NCBI GenBank assembly: GCA_021432655.1
Contig: MU271249.1
Span: forward strand, 53,644-107,098
DNA: 53,455 nt
Direction: 5' to 3'
Source: Atractiella rhizophila
Lineage: Eukaryota
In this document: one piece after another, positions 25,282 through 38,300 of the stretch
Numbering within the stretch: position 1 is the stretch's first letter
Layout of the letters: the number at the start of each line of letters is the position of its first letter
The notes under the pieces: model-generated
The model's input: the letters and a program-made list of their open reading frames with translations, nothing else
Told to the model about the DNA's origin: nothing
Databases searched by the model: none
Program-made: the position numbers and the translations under genes

Positions 25282-27078
25282 ATCCTGTCTGTGTTTTGTA
25301 CCATTGGATTAACACCAACCAAATCTTGTTTCGATTTGTTTCAAGTTAGTGAAGCTACTGAAGATCACGGCACAATAAAAATGGGTTTATAGCGGTAATT
25401 AAGGCGTTGAATTGTTCAGCCCTTCCTCTTTCGCACAAACCATCCATGGATACTCCCCTCCTCAAAACGAACCATCTGACAACGTGGGGAAGCACAACGC
25501 CAAAGCAAGAGGGGAGCTACCTTCAGCCAAGACTTACGCTATGCTTGCTGAACTCCCAAGACCGGTGGCTTCAATCGTGGTTCAACTCAGATCAGGTCAC
25601 ATATAGCGCGGAATCCAACAAACAAGCAAACAAGGATTGTGCCGATATCCCGGCAGCTGTCGATGAAGCCCAGGTCCATCAGGTGTAAGAGACAAAGCAA
25701 CAATTGACACTAGAGGACACCAGTTATGCAGCAGCTACCATCGGCGGGAGATGATTTACTCAACGTTGCAACACTTAGGAACGCATGGCAGCATGTCAAG
25801 ATATTCATCCACAGACACTACAGCGTATTGCCCCTTCATATAGCCACAGACCAAGTAGTAAGCGACCTTTTTCTCTGTCACTCGAATGCTTTGGCGACCA
25901 TGATGGGAGTTGCTGACCAGTCACTTCGAAGTTTCTTTTATTCGAGCAGGGTTCGCGACAGGGTTCGCGGAGGTGCTCGCCGGAGGGGTAGAAGAGCGGG
26001 TACTAGTAGTCACTGGTTGATCAGCAAGGGGAGGACTCGGCAGCCATCTGGGATATACTTAGATCGTTGTATTGTTCTTCTTCTTGAAGTCTTTGTCCAA
26101 TCTTTGTCCTCGCTCCATCAACGATGTAGTTAGGGGAGCGTGTGTTCAGTATCAACACCTTGGACAACGACAATGGCCTTGTAGTTGATCTATATTCTTC
26201 CCACCAGCCATGTTAACCACAATTACACGGCCAGTCCTGGAAAACACGAATTCGGCTTTTTAGAACTGCAACACAAAGTTCTATAACTGAGAAACCAAGC
26301 TATGATGTTTCACGATAGCAAACTTCTGATGGTGAGCAAAACAAGAAATCTGCAATGGAGAAATGTGGAAATCGATTTCCGAAAAACGGACCTGCTCTGT
26401 CGGCCCTTAGTGCAAACATGTCTTCCGCTTTCTTCCAACATCGACATGCATTTCTCGTTCACACCCCAATCCACATTATCCCCGCATAGATTCCAATATT
26501 TCAGAAAACAGATGCTGAGTCCGAAGCGAAAGGGCGGCGTCTCCGTGCGGTTTATAATATATACTGACAACTTCACTTGACTTCAGACAACTTCAAGTTG
26601 TAAATGTCAAGCGCCATGAGCAGAAGAGAAAAGCAAGCCCAGGCAATGGCGCCGAGTGAATACCGTATGTAGACATGACCTCTCCGCACTTTCTCCCTCT
26701 GATTGTTTCCACTTAGCTTCAGCTCACCATTTCAATGTTCTTCCTTACATACACTCCCCAGCTGACTGTCGCACCCACCGCTCCTCCATCCACAACACGC
26801 TCTCTCCAGACCTTTGCACCGACGTTTCTTTGGTCACCACCACTTTGTGCTCCATTGCTAGCACGGACAGGCGCCATCCGACTTCACCTCATCCAACTTC
26901 GTCTCAGGCGCTCCCTCTCATCCTACATCGTTGAGCTGTCGCCTCTCCTGTAAGCCTCCCTGCTATTCCACCTAAGGCTCAGCAGCACTGTTCACTAGAG
27001 AGGAGGAGGCGGATGCAAAGGGAAGCCTGGAATAAATGTATTAATCACACATATCAATGCAACAGTAGGGCTGTTTGT

Positions 27079-30000
27079 TTACATTACATTGGTAGTGCCG
27101 CTTTTGAGATTGGATGTCAATAGCTCAAGTAATTCGGACTGCAACAGAGGTCATTGATGACGACTGTGAGATAAATGCGTACCTTTGTTGCTTTTGAGGA
27201 GTATTGTATTCCGAAGTGCTGGAGCAAGGCTTTAATCTCGACAACAAGCAATTGTGATGGATTGAAGTCGGGCTGAGTATAGCGGAATTGAGAAATGTCG
27301 ATGGCCGCGATGGTTTGTCGCATTTTTGACTGTCGAGCGGTCGCCTGTTGCCGTTGCTCTTCCTGTACAGTTCTCTGACGCTCCAAAGCCCGCTTAATGA
27401 CTTCTTGCCTATCCTCAACCTCAGGAAGAGGCACAAAATGGTCCAGTACCATTGCATTGCGGAAAGCTGCCGTGTTCAAAATCCAACGATCTGGTTCTTT
27501 TTCATGCCTGTGTCGGATTACTGACTTCTGGCGTGACGAGTTTCGACGCTCTTGACGTAAGGGAATGCTTTCGTCTGCAACGCATCCGGCAAAGGCACAA
27601 TCGTGTTGAACGTTGACAGGGCTGCGTATTGCCTATCCACAAATCACTCCTCCATCATGGAAGTGTCTAGAAAGACAAGATAGCTCACGGAGAAGGGTAT
27701 CAGCCTGGGCTGAGATGACCATTTTTGAAGAATAGGCATTAGCAAGCCGGGATGAAATCCGGTAACAGCGTATGAATGGCCAATAATGATAGGTTTACCA
27801 TGCACGGCTCCAACCTCGATGACTTGTGATATAAATAATATCAGTTGTTGGGCTGCCTCCTGTTTTGAGTTAGAGGAAGCAGAGGGTAGGCTTAGACAAT
27901 CACATACCAATTCATGTAGAATCCAATCATCCCGCCCAACCTCCTCATTGTTCTGCAAGTTAAGTGCTGCTCCACGTCGATAACGTTGAGCTTCTTCGGG
28001 AGGGAGGACAGTTCTAGCAATGGATGGTGGTGCTGATTTAGTCGCTGTCACAGAAATTGGACGTACTTGACCAGCTATAAGTGTACCATGATCACAGGTC
28101 AGTTGAAGTCACGTAAAGAATGTGACTTACCTGAAGCAGTCTTTCGTCCATCAAGATCTAAGGGGTCAATGTTGAGGCCCAACAATTGCCTAATCCTCTC
28201 CTTGTGGAAAAAGAGATGCCGCACATTAGCAGATGCACGGATCCACCGCCCATCCACAGACTTCCACCATCCACCACTGAAGATGTGTCGCACTCGATGA
28301 TAACTGGCGAAAGCTCGGGCAATGTCACGGCTTGGGGCTTGTCGATTAGAATGAACAGAACGTAGACGCATCACACCATTGTAGCTCTCGAACTTCTCTG
28401 TTGCGAAATTGATCGGGACTCCAAATCGCTTGATGTGTTCCGGAAGGTGGACTAACAGGTGGAACTTGCTGTTATTGAACCCCTGAGGGTTCAACAGAGC
28501 GACAGAGTTAAGGAAATGGTCAATGATGCGCTTTAGGTGGTCCTAAGATAAAGAGACCAATGTGAGTGATATGTTGTACACATACACAGGAAACATGAAT
28601 AGATCGACGTACACAATAAACCTGAAGATTGTGAATAACAGGTCTCCACAGCAGGCGACCAAGCTGAGTAAGAGTACGCCAAACATCAAGCTGGAATGGG
28701 TCTAAACAGTCATGCAAGGCGAACAGACCAATTTGCATGATAATCTTGAAATCTTTTCCAACCAATGATCTCGCAAATTGAATAAGGGAGTCACCATTTA
28801 CGTCTCCAAAGTCCAACCCAGAAGTATCGCATGCTGAAAGACGTTGAGCCACCTTTGTCTTTTGTTCATTTGACAATCGTCCTATGATGTCTCGCCAGAG
28901 ATATTTGACAAAACCCAATAGGACGCCATGCAGGATTTCAAACGGGGTATCCTGGTGGATGTTGAGGCCGACAAGGTGAAAAATCGGGTTGTGAGTAAAA
29001 GGGTGGGAAAGTTGCTCATCGTATTTTAACTTCAGTTGCTCCATGATCTGTTCCGTAGTGTGGTCTGAAGATTCTAATGTCGATGCAAGGTCCTGAAGTT
29101 GTTCGATAAAAAAGGAGACAACATTGTCTTTGATCCCAGTTTGCCTCTGAACGGTCTCGATCCTGTGCTTTTGTCGTAGATGTGTAGCACTCTGATGTTG
29201 CTCCTTTGAAGTACTGACAGTTGTGAGAGGGTCTCGTAATTTGCCAGACTGTTTTCAGCCAGTTAAATAAAACCTAACACAGAAATTGAAGAGTATACCT
29301 TCATAAATGTGTCAAGTCCAGAAGCAGTTTGAGCTTCAGCCTTTGACTCTGCCCCAGCATCGCACTCTCGGCAAAATACCAAAGATGCCAATGAGCCAGT
29401 AGAGCAGATCTCGGCCTGCATTGGGTTGTCACCTTCAAACAGTAGAACAAGAGCTTGAATGTGAATCTCTTCGTGATTGGCAGCGTCATAGGTGAACAAT
29501 CCATCTTGCCAGATGTGTCTAACAGCGCCGTTGCATTTACCATCACAGTCTTTGGGTCAAAAAATACATACTGGAGTTGTTGTACAATCCCTTCGAGTAT
29601 TTCCAGAGCTGGGGCAATGTTCGATGTAGCTAGGAAGTGGATATTGTATTCTTGATTCTGCAATCGGTTTGGAAGACCTTAGTAGCATGTTGTTTTACAA
29701 TCAGTCAAGCGATTTACAAAATTCAGAGACAAACCAGCCAATGTCATATAAAAAGAAAGATGCTTATTCCACTGCTTCGAGATGTTGCCAGAACTATCAT
29801 CGCCATAAAGGACAATGGGCACCACAACAGATCTGCAGCCTCTTGCTTTTTGCCGAATGGGATTGAGAGGTGGATGCTGCCATCCACTAACGGATGAATC
29901 AGAATTCTTTATTCCTGTCGTCAAACTGTTACTCCAATTCATACAACAGGAATGAACTGGCCAGAGATAGATATGCCATTGAGTTCGTATAATTCTTCGG

Positions 30001-31320
30001 CAGTTCCTACGAACTCTTTGACATCCACTTCCACCTCTTCCGACTCTACTATCCATCGCACCTCCCCATTTAATCGTGACATTTTTCCAGCATATCTACC
30101 TTTAGCCCAAAGGGTAGGACTGCCATTCGAATAATCACGGGTGAACCATTTGAAGGGTACAAATATGCTCCCTGACTGGAGACGAATGGCTTCAAAGGTG
30201 TAGTAGAGATTGTGTGGATGTCGGATAGACGGATAGACGGAGTGAGGAGATCTGCTGAAAGGTCTTTCTTCCACTTCTCTGCCTGCCACATCTCTTTCAG
30301 CGTATCTGATGTATCTTCAGGCAAGGTGCGTAAATGGTTGGCAACCAGAGGATTGGCTAATTCCTATACAGTCCAGTCAAAGTAAGTGATATCTAGTATA
30401 AGAATGGGACTGCACACCTTCTGCAGAAGACTGCCAATGTCGTTCACATAAAAAACATTTCCTCGATGGCCTCGATATTCAATTGAACGTGTTCCCACAC
30501 CTTGCTCCAAGAAGTCATGATGTAGCTGATTCAAGCGATTACGAGAGGGTAAGGACAATGGAGCACCAGTCGAAGTAGTAAGTTCTGAAATCATCCACCA
30601 CCAAATCTGTCGCTCAGCCTCTGAGACAGGATGCCGTGGAAGATTCAGAATGAGATCACTGAGCGCTTCCTGTAACAGACACAGTAAGTATCAAGATGTG
30701 CTGAGTGTTGGCAACAACATACTGCTTCATTTGCATACGGATACCAAGGCATGTTTTCAGGATCCAGCGACTCGACACAGACTGGTTTCTGATGACCCGC
30801 TGCTGTGGGATTCAGCCAGTGCCACATGCAAGACAAGGTTGAGGAGTTAACATTGAACAACGCACTGAAAGATGCAGGCCGATCAACCGATGAATCCCAC
30901 TGGCATCCAACTTCCATCTCCATTTCATAGAACGTTTCCAACAAATCCTCTCCCACATCTGAACTGCCTTCGGATTCTAGAATGTCTTCAGCCCCTTCCC
31001 AAAACTCATGCAACTCATGTTCCGAAACATGCAGTCCTGGAAGCATGTAAAACGGTCGTGGATCATCAAATGTCGTGACGGGGATGTCTAGAGGGAATAC
31101 AGGAGAGGAGTCTTGGGAGCTCTCCTGGTCTAAGGGCGAGATGATGAACTCGGTGCGTGTCCTTGTATGTGAAGCTTGATGCAATGCTTCGTCTTCCCGT
31201 TTCGCCTTCTCCCATTTGTCAAGCTTTTTCTTTGATTGATGGCTGATACTTATATATAAAGCACAACGGGTTATTAGCATGACTCACGCATGTACTTTTG
31301 AGCACTTCCCTCACCACCCA
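27079..31320 (-). mobile_element. CMC/EnSpm (CACTA/Plavaka-related) DDE transposase, multi-exon, with C-terminal HeH/LEM-like domain
   Basis: Motifs in order: PIVLYGDDSSGNISKQWNKH, NQEYNIHFLATSN, EGDNPMQAEICS...FCREC, TGIKD, DTPFEILHGVLLGFVKY, KFHLLVHLPEHIKRFG...TEKFESYNGVMR...SNRQAPSRDIA, NVQHDC. The last exons give QPDFNPSQLLVVEIKALLQHFGIQYSSKATK|SELLELL. The 5' start was not resolved. Confidence 0.8.
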
Positions 31321-31555
31321 CAACAAACCTGCCAATAATCTGAGCATACCATCAGAATACGCGTGTCGGCGCCTTTCGAACCGTATACAGCAAAGCCTAT
31401 TTGAAAGACGAAAAAAAATGTTTTCCTTACTGACTCAAGTGACTTCTTGGTCCACAACAACACCACCAAAATTCTGAGCATACCACCAGAATACGCATGT
31501 CAGCACCTTTCGAACCATATACAACAAAGCTTAAAGGACAAAAAATAATTGTCTT
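31318..31555 (+). repeat. Tandem duplication of about 105-110 bp upstream of the transposase
   Basis: ccacaacaa...tctgagcatacca(t/c)cagaatacgc(g/a)tgtc(g/a)gc(g/a)cctttcgaacc(g/a)tataca(g/a)caaagc at about 31318-31425 and 31452-31555. Confidence 0.85.
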
Positions 31556-31557
31556 CA

Positions 31558-31880
31558 CAAGTGTGTCAACGGCCTTCGTCCCTCAGGCCCCTCACCCACT
31601 TGCAAGGGGCATGGCCCCTTGAACCCTACTGTGACCGTTGTCAGGTTCGAGTCCAGCACAAAACACATTTTTCAACCCTTTCAGAATAAAATTTCCTTGC
31701 AGGTTCAGAAAGGGGCAAGCATATGGGATATGATGGTATAATACATTTCATTCTATTGTGTATGGTGAGGGCGGTGTGAGGGCTCAAAAGTGCGTCTTAT
31801 GACTCATGCCAAGAACTGATGAATCTTAGAGTATAGGAGGATAGGATAGGATAGGATATATAGGATGACTGAGTCAAGTG
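31558..31880 (-). repeat. Copy C of the dispersed repeat family (Helitron-like), with (ATAGG)n microsatellite
   Basis: Reverse complement of 3131-3426. Contains GGTTCGAGTCC at 31644-31654 and ATAGG repeats at about 31833-31865. Confidence 0.8.
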
Positions 31881-32572
31881 ACCTACTTTGCCACTTTTGG
31901 CAAGACTTTCCTTACCTACTCAAAATAAGTTGCACTGCAAAGAGTTTGCCTGATAGTGTAGTTGGTGGTATGGTGAGAATGTGACATGATTTGCTTTTGG
32001 TGTTGGTTTGATTCTCTGTTCCCTCACATTTTGTCACCCTTGAAGCCATGAGTGCCTGTACCAATTTAACAGCTATGTAGTTTTCAAACAAGTGTTATGA
32101 GCACTCAATCGCTGATTATCTCTTAGCATGTTCTTAACAGTATAGTCAACCAGCGAAAACTAGATGTGATCCCCCGAGGGACGAGGGCCCCCCCCAGCTT
32201 GTAGAGTTAAAATGACGCTTGGCTCTCCATTCTTCTTTTATGGAGAAGGTGACATCCATGCAGAAACGACAACTGAGTGCTCGGTTTTTAAAACTGAAGT
32301 CCTCTGCGTGACACATCCCAGGAGAGCTCTCATTTAATTATTTTCTTTCAGTGGTATAAGAACCATACCTTTCCAAGTGACATGGGACCCGGAGCTCTCC
32401 ATTTTGCCACTGAGCATAACCTCCACTCAACAGTCACACGATAGTGATCAGTTCACACTGGCCCTTGACTGAAATTCACAAAATTATGATTAATCGAGAC
32501 CACAAACGTGCAACGTGCAACGTGCAACAAAAACAACATCCATCAATTTTTCCAGTTTCTCTTATCCTGCCA

Positions 32573-34173
32573 TGTCGAATGCCTCAAGCTCATCTACTAA
32601 TAACTTCACCACCTCTAGCTTCAGCCATCCTGTAATTCTCTCAGCACGTCACAGTCTTCCCACACAACCTAGGAGTCTCGCCATTGGAACTCCACAACCT
32701 GCAGGGAGGGTAACTTCTCAGTTTCAGCAACAAATTTCATCTTTTACCCCTGCATGCAATTCCGATTTCCTCGTCTCGCCTCTGCTTACTGCTTGTGAAA
32801 TTCAGGGAGGAATCACTGCCAACCATTCCGAGGTGTCACCTAGCTTTCAGGCAGAAGAAAATGACAATCCGCCAACCGTCAGTCGTACCAGCAGACTACC
32901 AGATTGGGACACAATCATGGACGGTTTCTCTCACCCGGCTGAAGCTCCACGGGCCGTGATGGAAAGGGTACAGGCCAAGCTGACTCTTGGAGAGGGAGAC
33001 CAGCTTGAGCTTGAGCTGTTTTGGAAGGTGTGGGCTCTCTCTTTATCATCGTCGTGATGGGTGGTGAGCGAAAGTTGACCTCTGTTGTCAGGCTTCCGCT
33101 TCAGAACGTGAACTACTTGCATTTGGCATGTTGCTCAAGGTTAACAGCACGCTCCGCCAAATGAAGACTTTCCTGGTCTTAAATTGGACTCCAGACCCTG
33201 ACACAGTCGTGGGTCTCTCATCATCCTCCGTTTGACCACAGTCCCCATACTTCTATTCTATTGCAGCTAAGAGTCCGTAATCTGACGTGGGAGCTTATTA
33301 TGAACCCAAACCAGCGAGCTTACAAAAAGCTAGCGACTCAAGTCAAGGTACAGTATCACTTTCTTCCGTTGAAGCAACTGTCTCATGTTATGCATTCTTA
33401 GCACAAAGTTACCGAGAGCTGGACGCTTCCCGATGGCATCTTAGCCTCGCCTGCTGCCATGCAGGCACTCCGTCTTCTTTGCAGAAATGAAGCCATTCAA
33501 GCACGGGCTCAGGTGAAGGCAAAGCTATACGTATTCCCTTCTGGTTAGCAAACAATGTATTGACCGGAATCTGTAAGCTGGTCCTCTCGTTTGGTTCCTT
33601 GCAAGTCAACGGAAAGAAGAAGAGAAAAGCCACACCGCACAACACTGAACCAATCCATGCGGTTGTAGAGTCTCTATTGAATGATAAAAGGGTTCAGATT
33701 TTCGACAAAGTGATTCTTCAATCCCTTCGACACCGTTTTGCTGTATTGGTGCGTTCCTATTATTTTTTTTCTGGCACCTTTGAAGACCATTTTCATAGCG
33801 TCGACTATTGGATCCTGATGCAAGCAAAGATCCATCCATCGCGTCTGGAGACAACGCTGACTTTCAACCAATTGCTCCAGTGAGCAGCGACGAAGTGGCC
33901 GCCACGGAGAACGCGAAAGATGAGGCGTTCTGGAGTCTGGCCGATGTGACATTGGAGGAGATATACGTGAATAAGAACTGGAGGTATGTCCATGGATTGG
34001 AGTATCTAGACTGCATAATAACGAACTACCATGTGTGCAGAGTTTTCAAGACGTGGTACGACGAGGATGTCGCCAAGTTTGGTCAAAAGGAAGAGAGGGC
34101 ATCTATGAATCGAAATGCTGAAGAAGCGGAGTATCTGGCTTTCATTAGAGAGGGTGGCTTCGGTCATTTTTGA
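32573..34173 (+). CDS. Hypothetical multi-exon gene or pseudogene, unknown function
   Basis: Chain of + strand ORFs (32515-33057, 33560-33883, 33808-34173) with GT-AG-like junctions. No recognisable domain. Confidence 0.3.
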
Positions 34174-34473
34174 AGTAAGTTTTCTTTCATCTTTGTTTCG
34201 TGCATTCAGCCACTCACCTCACTGTCTTACGGATGACATCAGCACCTCGACGGCTGGTTGTGAAGGCTACGCAATCCATCTTGACTCTCTTCAGCCCTTC
34301 TACCTCATTTTCAGCTAATGGCTCTCCTTAGATTAGACTCATTTGTACTCTATTCTTGCAGCCACTACATCCTGTATAGTTCATATAATTACGATGATAA
34401 CATTGCCTCACACACACACCGAGTAGCCTGGATTGTCTCAGAAAGCGAGATTTGGAATGGAGCGAGGAGGCGA

Positions 34474-36304
34474 CTAGGCAAGAGCTGGTGGATACGCATG
34501 TATCTCCCTCTTGTACACCCAAAAACCCTGATCGGCCTTTTGCACAAAACCCAAATGCGGCAGAAAACCAATGTGGATCCCAATTTCTTGAAAATCTAGA
34601 TTCACAGAAGTAGAAAAATCGGCAACCCAATTCCGCAACGCAAATGTTTTGACAACCTCCAATCCATACCGAGACTTAGTTTGCAGTCTATCCAAAAGTC
34701 CCTCGTCTGTCCAACATTGTCATCATATAATTCTGGGCTGCCCGTGTAGTTGCTTGATCGATGCCCGTTGCAGATGTGATCCGAAAGCTTATCAAAGTTG
34801 TCACAGCAAACTCAGAAGAGGATATCTCCTCCAATGCCCTGCGTCAGATCGGTGAATGACTGCTTGATCTCTTCGCAGTGCACGGCGTCGAGTGCAAGGG
34901 TGGATTTCCAGTTTCCAGCTCCACCCACAATCGCAACGTGGCGTCCTTCAAATATTGCTTTTCGTGCGCGTTGGATTTCATCTTCGCGGTTAAAGCCGCC
35001 GACGAACTGCAATCCGTTTGCAGCACATTACAAGGCCCTCAATGTGGTATTTACACAAGAGGTAAGAGAGCATACCCTGCGCGAGACATTGAGCAGCATT
35101 ACGCGCTTCGTGACCCATTACTCCATATAGGCTTTCGTCCGACCCACGACGTCCATTGTTCACTCCCACTCCTCTCGCATCGTGTGGGCTAAAAAGTGGT
35201 GTTAGCGATGCCCAGACCGCGATCCTGCATCTTCATCTTCAACTGATCTGCTACCTGGGAACAATATTCGACGGTTGCCTTCACAGCGAGTTCAATCTCG
35301 CGTTTGGTAGGACCCCAATTAACAGCCGGAGCGATCCCTGACCCCAGAGAGCCGAGACAGGCGACCTAGCTCCCTTGTCCCCATATGTGATTTGCGTCGT
35401 CAACCGCTATTGCCGCTAGGTTATTGTTCCCAATGGCGACATATCCCGTATTGTCGATGACGACAGGACGAAAGAATCGACGTCCGGAGGAAGTCGCCTT
35501 GCTGCTTCCAACACCATACTTCGTCCAGCAGAATGAACTGCATTCTTCCCTCGTACGTGCGCATCTCTGTTGAAAAAACTGTGTTTGATTCGTACCTTGA
35601 CACGGCAAAGGTTCTGCATCTATCCCCAATTGCCGCATCCTTCATAGGGAGTCGAGAGGACGATATCGACGATGGAGCGTGCCGGGTCATGATCTCCTGG
35701 CGGACGGCTTCAAGCGTCTTTTTAGAGTATGCGTCGCCTTCATTCGAAAGTGGTGCTCCCTCGGAAAACACGTCCTGCACGATCTCTTCGTACATGCTGA
35801 TGGATTGTGGAACAGTCGTACCCAATTATCTGAGTGTGAGGCCGATCCACCCTCCCGTGGAAGCGCCGCAGATGAGATCGAAAACATTAGACGGCCGGAC
35901 GTTGAGGATATTTCCAACCTCGAGCATGACGACTTCGAGCATGTAAAGCGTGGAGAAGGTACAGATGCCGCCGTTGTCGGTAGCGAGGATTCGGAGTCCT
36001 TGTTCGTTCGTCTTCTTGATATTGTCAGGGAATTTGAAAACTTGACGGTTTGAACTTGGAATGGGCCTGGAGGACGAGAAAGGTGTCGGGGTAGCAGATC
36101 TAGAGGCAACGGGCGCTGCGGTACGTGATGAAGAGTGAAATTGTTGAGCCAGAACTGCCGCTTTGACAAGGAATGGGTTGAGTTGAGAGTACAGCTGCAA
36201 TACTGAAAGATTTTGAACTCCGATGCCTTCATTAGGGCGAGGATCTTCTCACGAATTGGCGCTGAATGCGTGGTCGTCGTCGGACAAATTTCAAGGGTCT
36301 TCAT
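34474..36304 (-). pseudogene. Patatin-like phospholipase + NB-ARC-like P-loop (NLR-like) pseudogene
   Basis: LRILATDNGGIC and RPSNVFDLICGASTGG (patatin Gly-rich loop and GxSxG). Stop TAA 35826-35828, then CRTFAVS...MRTY and, with frameshifts, EAAR/ATSSGRRFFRPVVI...GNNN. Downstream FVGGFNREDEI...HVAIVGGAGNWKSTLAL is a degenerate P-loop. Confidence 0.75.
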
Positions 36305-37099
36305 GGTTGCTGGGATTTGAGGAAGAAGGCTGAGGCGCTTAGAGCACGAGATGAAATCGATGAGATTGACCCTTGTTGAACACGCCACGAAATAGGAAAT
36401 GCGTCTCAGATCTGGACTAGAGCTACCAGAAGGGAGAGCGGCCAAAGAATACTTGAAACTGGCTGTGAAGAAGAGAAGAAGAAACAAGGAATACGGAATA
36501 CAGTACAGCTACATTTCAATCCAAAGATCCGTACGTACGAATGCATGAAAGAAATCCAGACGAACTTGAACGTGAGGATGTGAGGATAATAAAAAGGGAA
36601 GGAAGCTTGGGGCGACTTGATCAATTTGTCAACTCGCAAGACAGAGCAACAATGTTAGGAAAATGAAGGATGGCACTATGAGCCATTCAGCACTGAACTC
36701 TTGTCTAACGGGACGGAAAAGGTCCTAAGAAGATGTAGGGTTGTGGATAGGTTGAAGTTAGCTTCCGCTTGAGCCAATGGAGATATGAAGGCTGCACAAT
36801 ATCGAATTGGCGAGGAAGAACATAAAATTTATCCCACCAACTCATCCCTCATCTCAAGGTCGACATGCCAAGCGTTACACAGGATTGGAGACTCTTTCTC
36901 CGATCGTGCAGGACGCTTCAAGTCGACACTAAACACACAAAACTCAGGAACAGTCCGATATCTTGCTCTCTTTGACAGTGTGAGAAAGATGCAGTGAGTG
37001 TTCGCCGATGCAGACAACGCTGGGTTCCCAGAAAGTTCTCAAGACTCTATCTACCCCACATCCCAAAGATGCATCGACGCTCTCAGGTTTCCCAGTTGT

Positions 37100-37276
37100 A
37101 TGTATTGAAGTATTAAAAATAATATTGGCTTTATATCCTAACGTTCAGCGCTCAAAAGCTGAAAAATAGTAAAGTAACTGAACGACAAGTAAATCATCAA
37201 ACGAATACTGCCACGTTCAGTGCGGATTTAGACATTCACTTCATTGCTGGCTGGAACACGAATATTTTTTGTAGTG
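37100..37276 (-). mobile_element. Orphan CACTA-type terminus
   Basis: TTTTTTGTAGTG ending 37276 (reverse complement CACTACAAAAAA), with an AT-rich flank carrying three CGTTCAG/CTGAACG subterminal motifs. Confidence 0.45.
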
Positions 37277-37489
37277 TTCCCCGGTTGATGGCGATCGATT
37301 GGTGTTCTTCAAGGTACATCTTCTATTGCGAATCAAAGCTTGGTGAAATATGCGGTGGACAAAGGGGATGCCAACTCGCACTCACTAATGATTTATAGCA
37401 GGCCTGTCCACGTAGGGGTTCTGGACCCGCTACGTTTCGTTGTTCATCTCTAATCACAATTGTATTTTAGACTTCAAACGAGTCCGATA

Positions 37490-38300
37490 CCAGTCTGGGA
37501 TCGGATCGTGACTTACAGTCTTAAGTTCCTGAAACACTCGAGACTTGGACTGAACTTATAAGTGCCAGTAGAGAGGGTTAGGAAATTCAAAAAAGTTTCT
37601 TGACTTTTCAAATAAATTGTAAAATGCAATAGGAATGTAGAAATACAGTCACTGAGCTGTAGCTGCAATTCTGTTCTTGCTGTGGTTGCTGTGGACTGAG
37701 GGAGAGCTGTTTGAAGTCATGGAATTTTGTGGGGGAACATAAATCACGTGCGGCACTTTCTGGGAACGACATTCATCATCCACATGCCATCAAGTCCAAC
37801 TACAACTAGGTCAGGAGGCATTGCAAGCCCCCCAATACCTATTCTCGTGAGTACTATTCTCTCCGTTGTATGGTTACTAAAGTTTGACAGCTTCTCATGT
37901 CAAGAATATCCTCCTCTCCTGTACAACTTTCGAGTATGTTGACAATGGAGCTTCTAGCAGGGGCTTGAGAGCCAAATAGTATTCTGTGCAGGGTGGTAGA
38001 GAGCATTGGCGAAGGCGTTTGGTTGACGCTGGTTGACGTTGTGAACACTACAGGAAAACTACTGCACAACTACAGCCGGATGCTGCAAGGCTGCTATATC
38101 TTCCTTGAGATCCACTCAATCGGCCTCAGAATCACTTTATAGACATCCAGGGAGCCTCAAATACCTATTAGGATATAGAAAACTATGTGTTGCAATTTTT
38201 GAATTTCCGAGTCTGAAAAAAGTCAAATTTTGAATTTCCTTACCCTCTCTAGTCCAATGTTTTCAGGAACCCGAACTTGCTAATGGTCCCGATCCAGTAC
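37490..38300. mobile_element. Degenerate foldback/MITE with long imperfect inverted repeats
   Basis: tagagagggttaggaaattcaaaa (37569-37592) vs ttttgaatttccttaccctctcta (38228-38251), one mismatch. Further inverted blocks outside: gttcctgaaa/tttcaggaac, ttggact/agtccaa, ggatcgg/ccgatcc. Confidence 0.7.

Noticed and set aside
26560..26600. Possible TIR of the CMC/EnSpm element (tcacttgac vs gtcaagtga near 31872)
   Set aside because: Match is too short, lacks a CAC terminus with TSD, and the partner lies within another repeat.
31620..31675. tRNA gene suggested by GGTTCGAGTCC plus T-run
   Set aside because: No acceptor stem, D-arm or A-box could be folded. The motif sits inside a dispersed repeat, so it is reported as part of that repeat.
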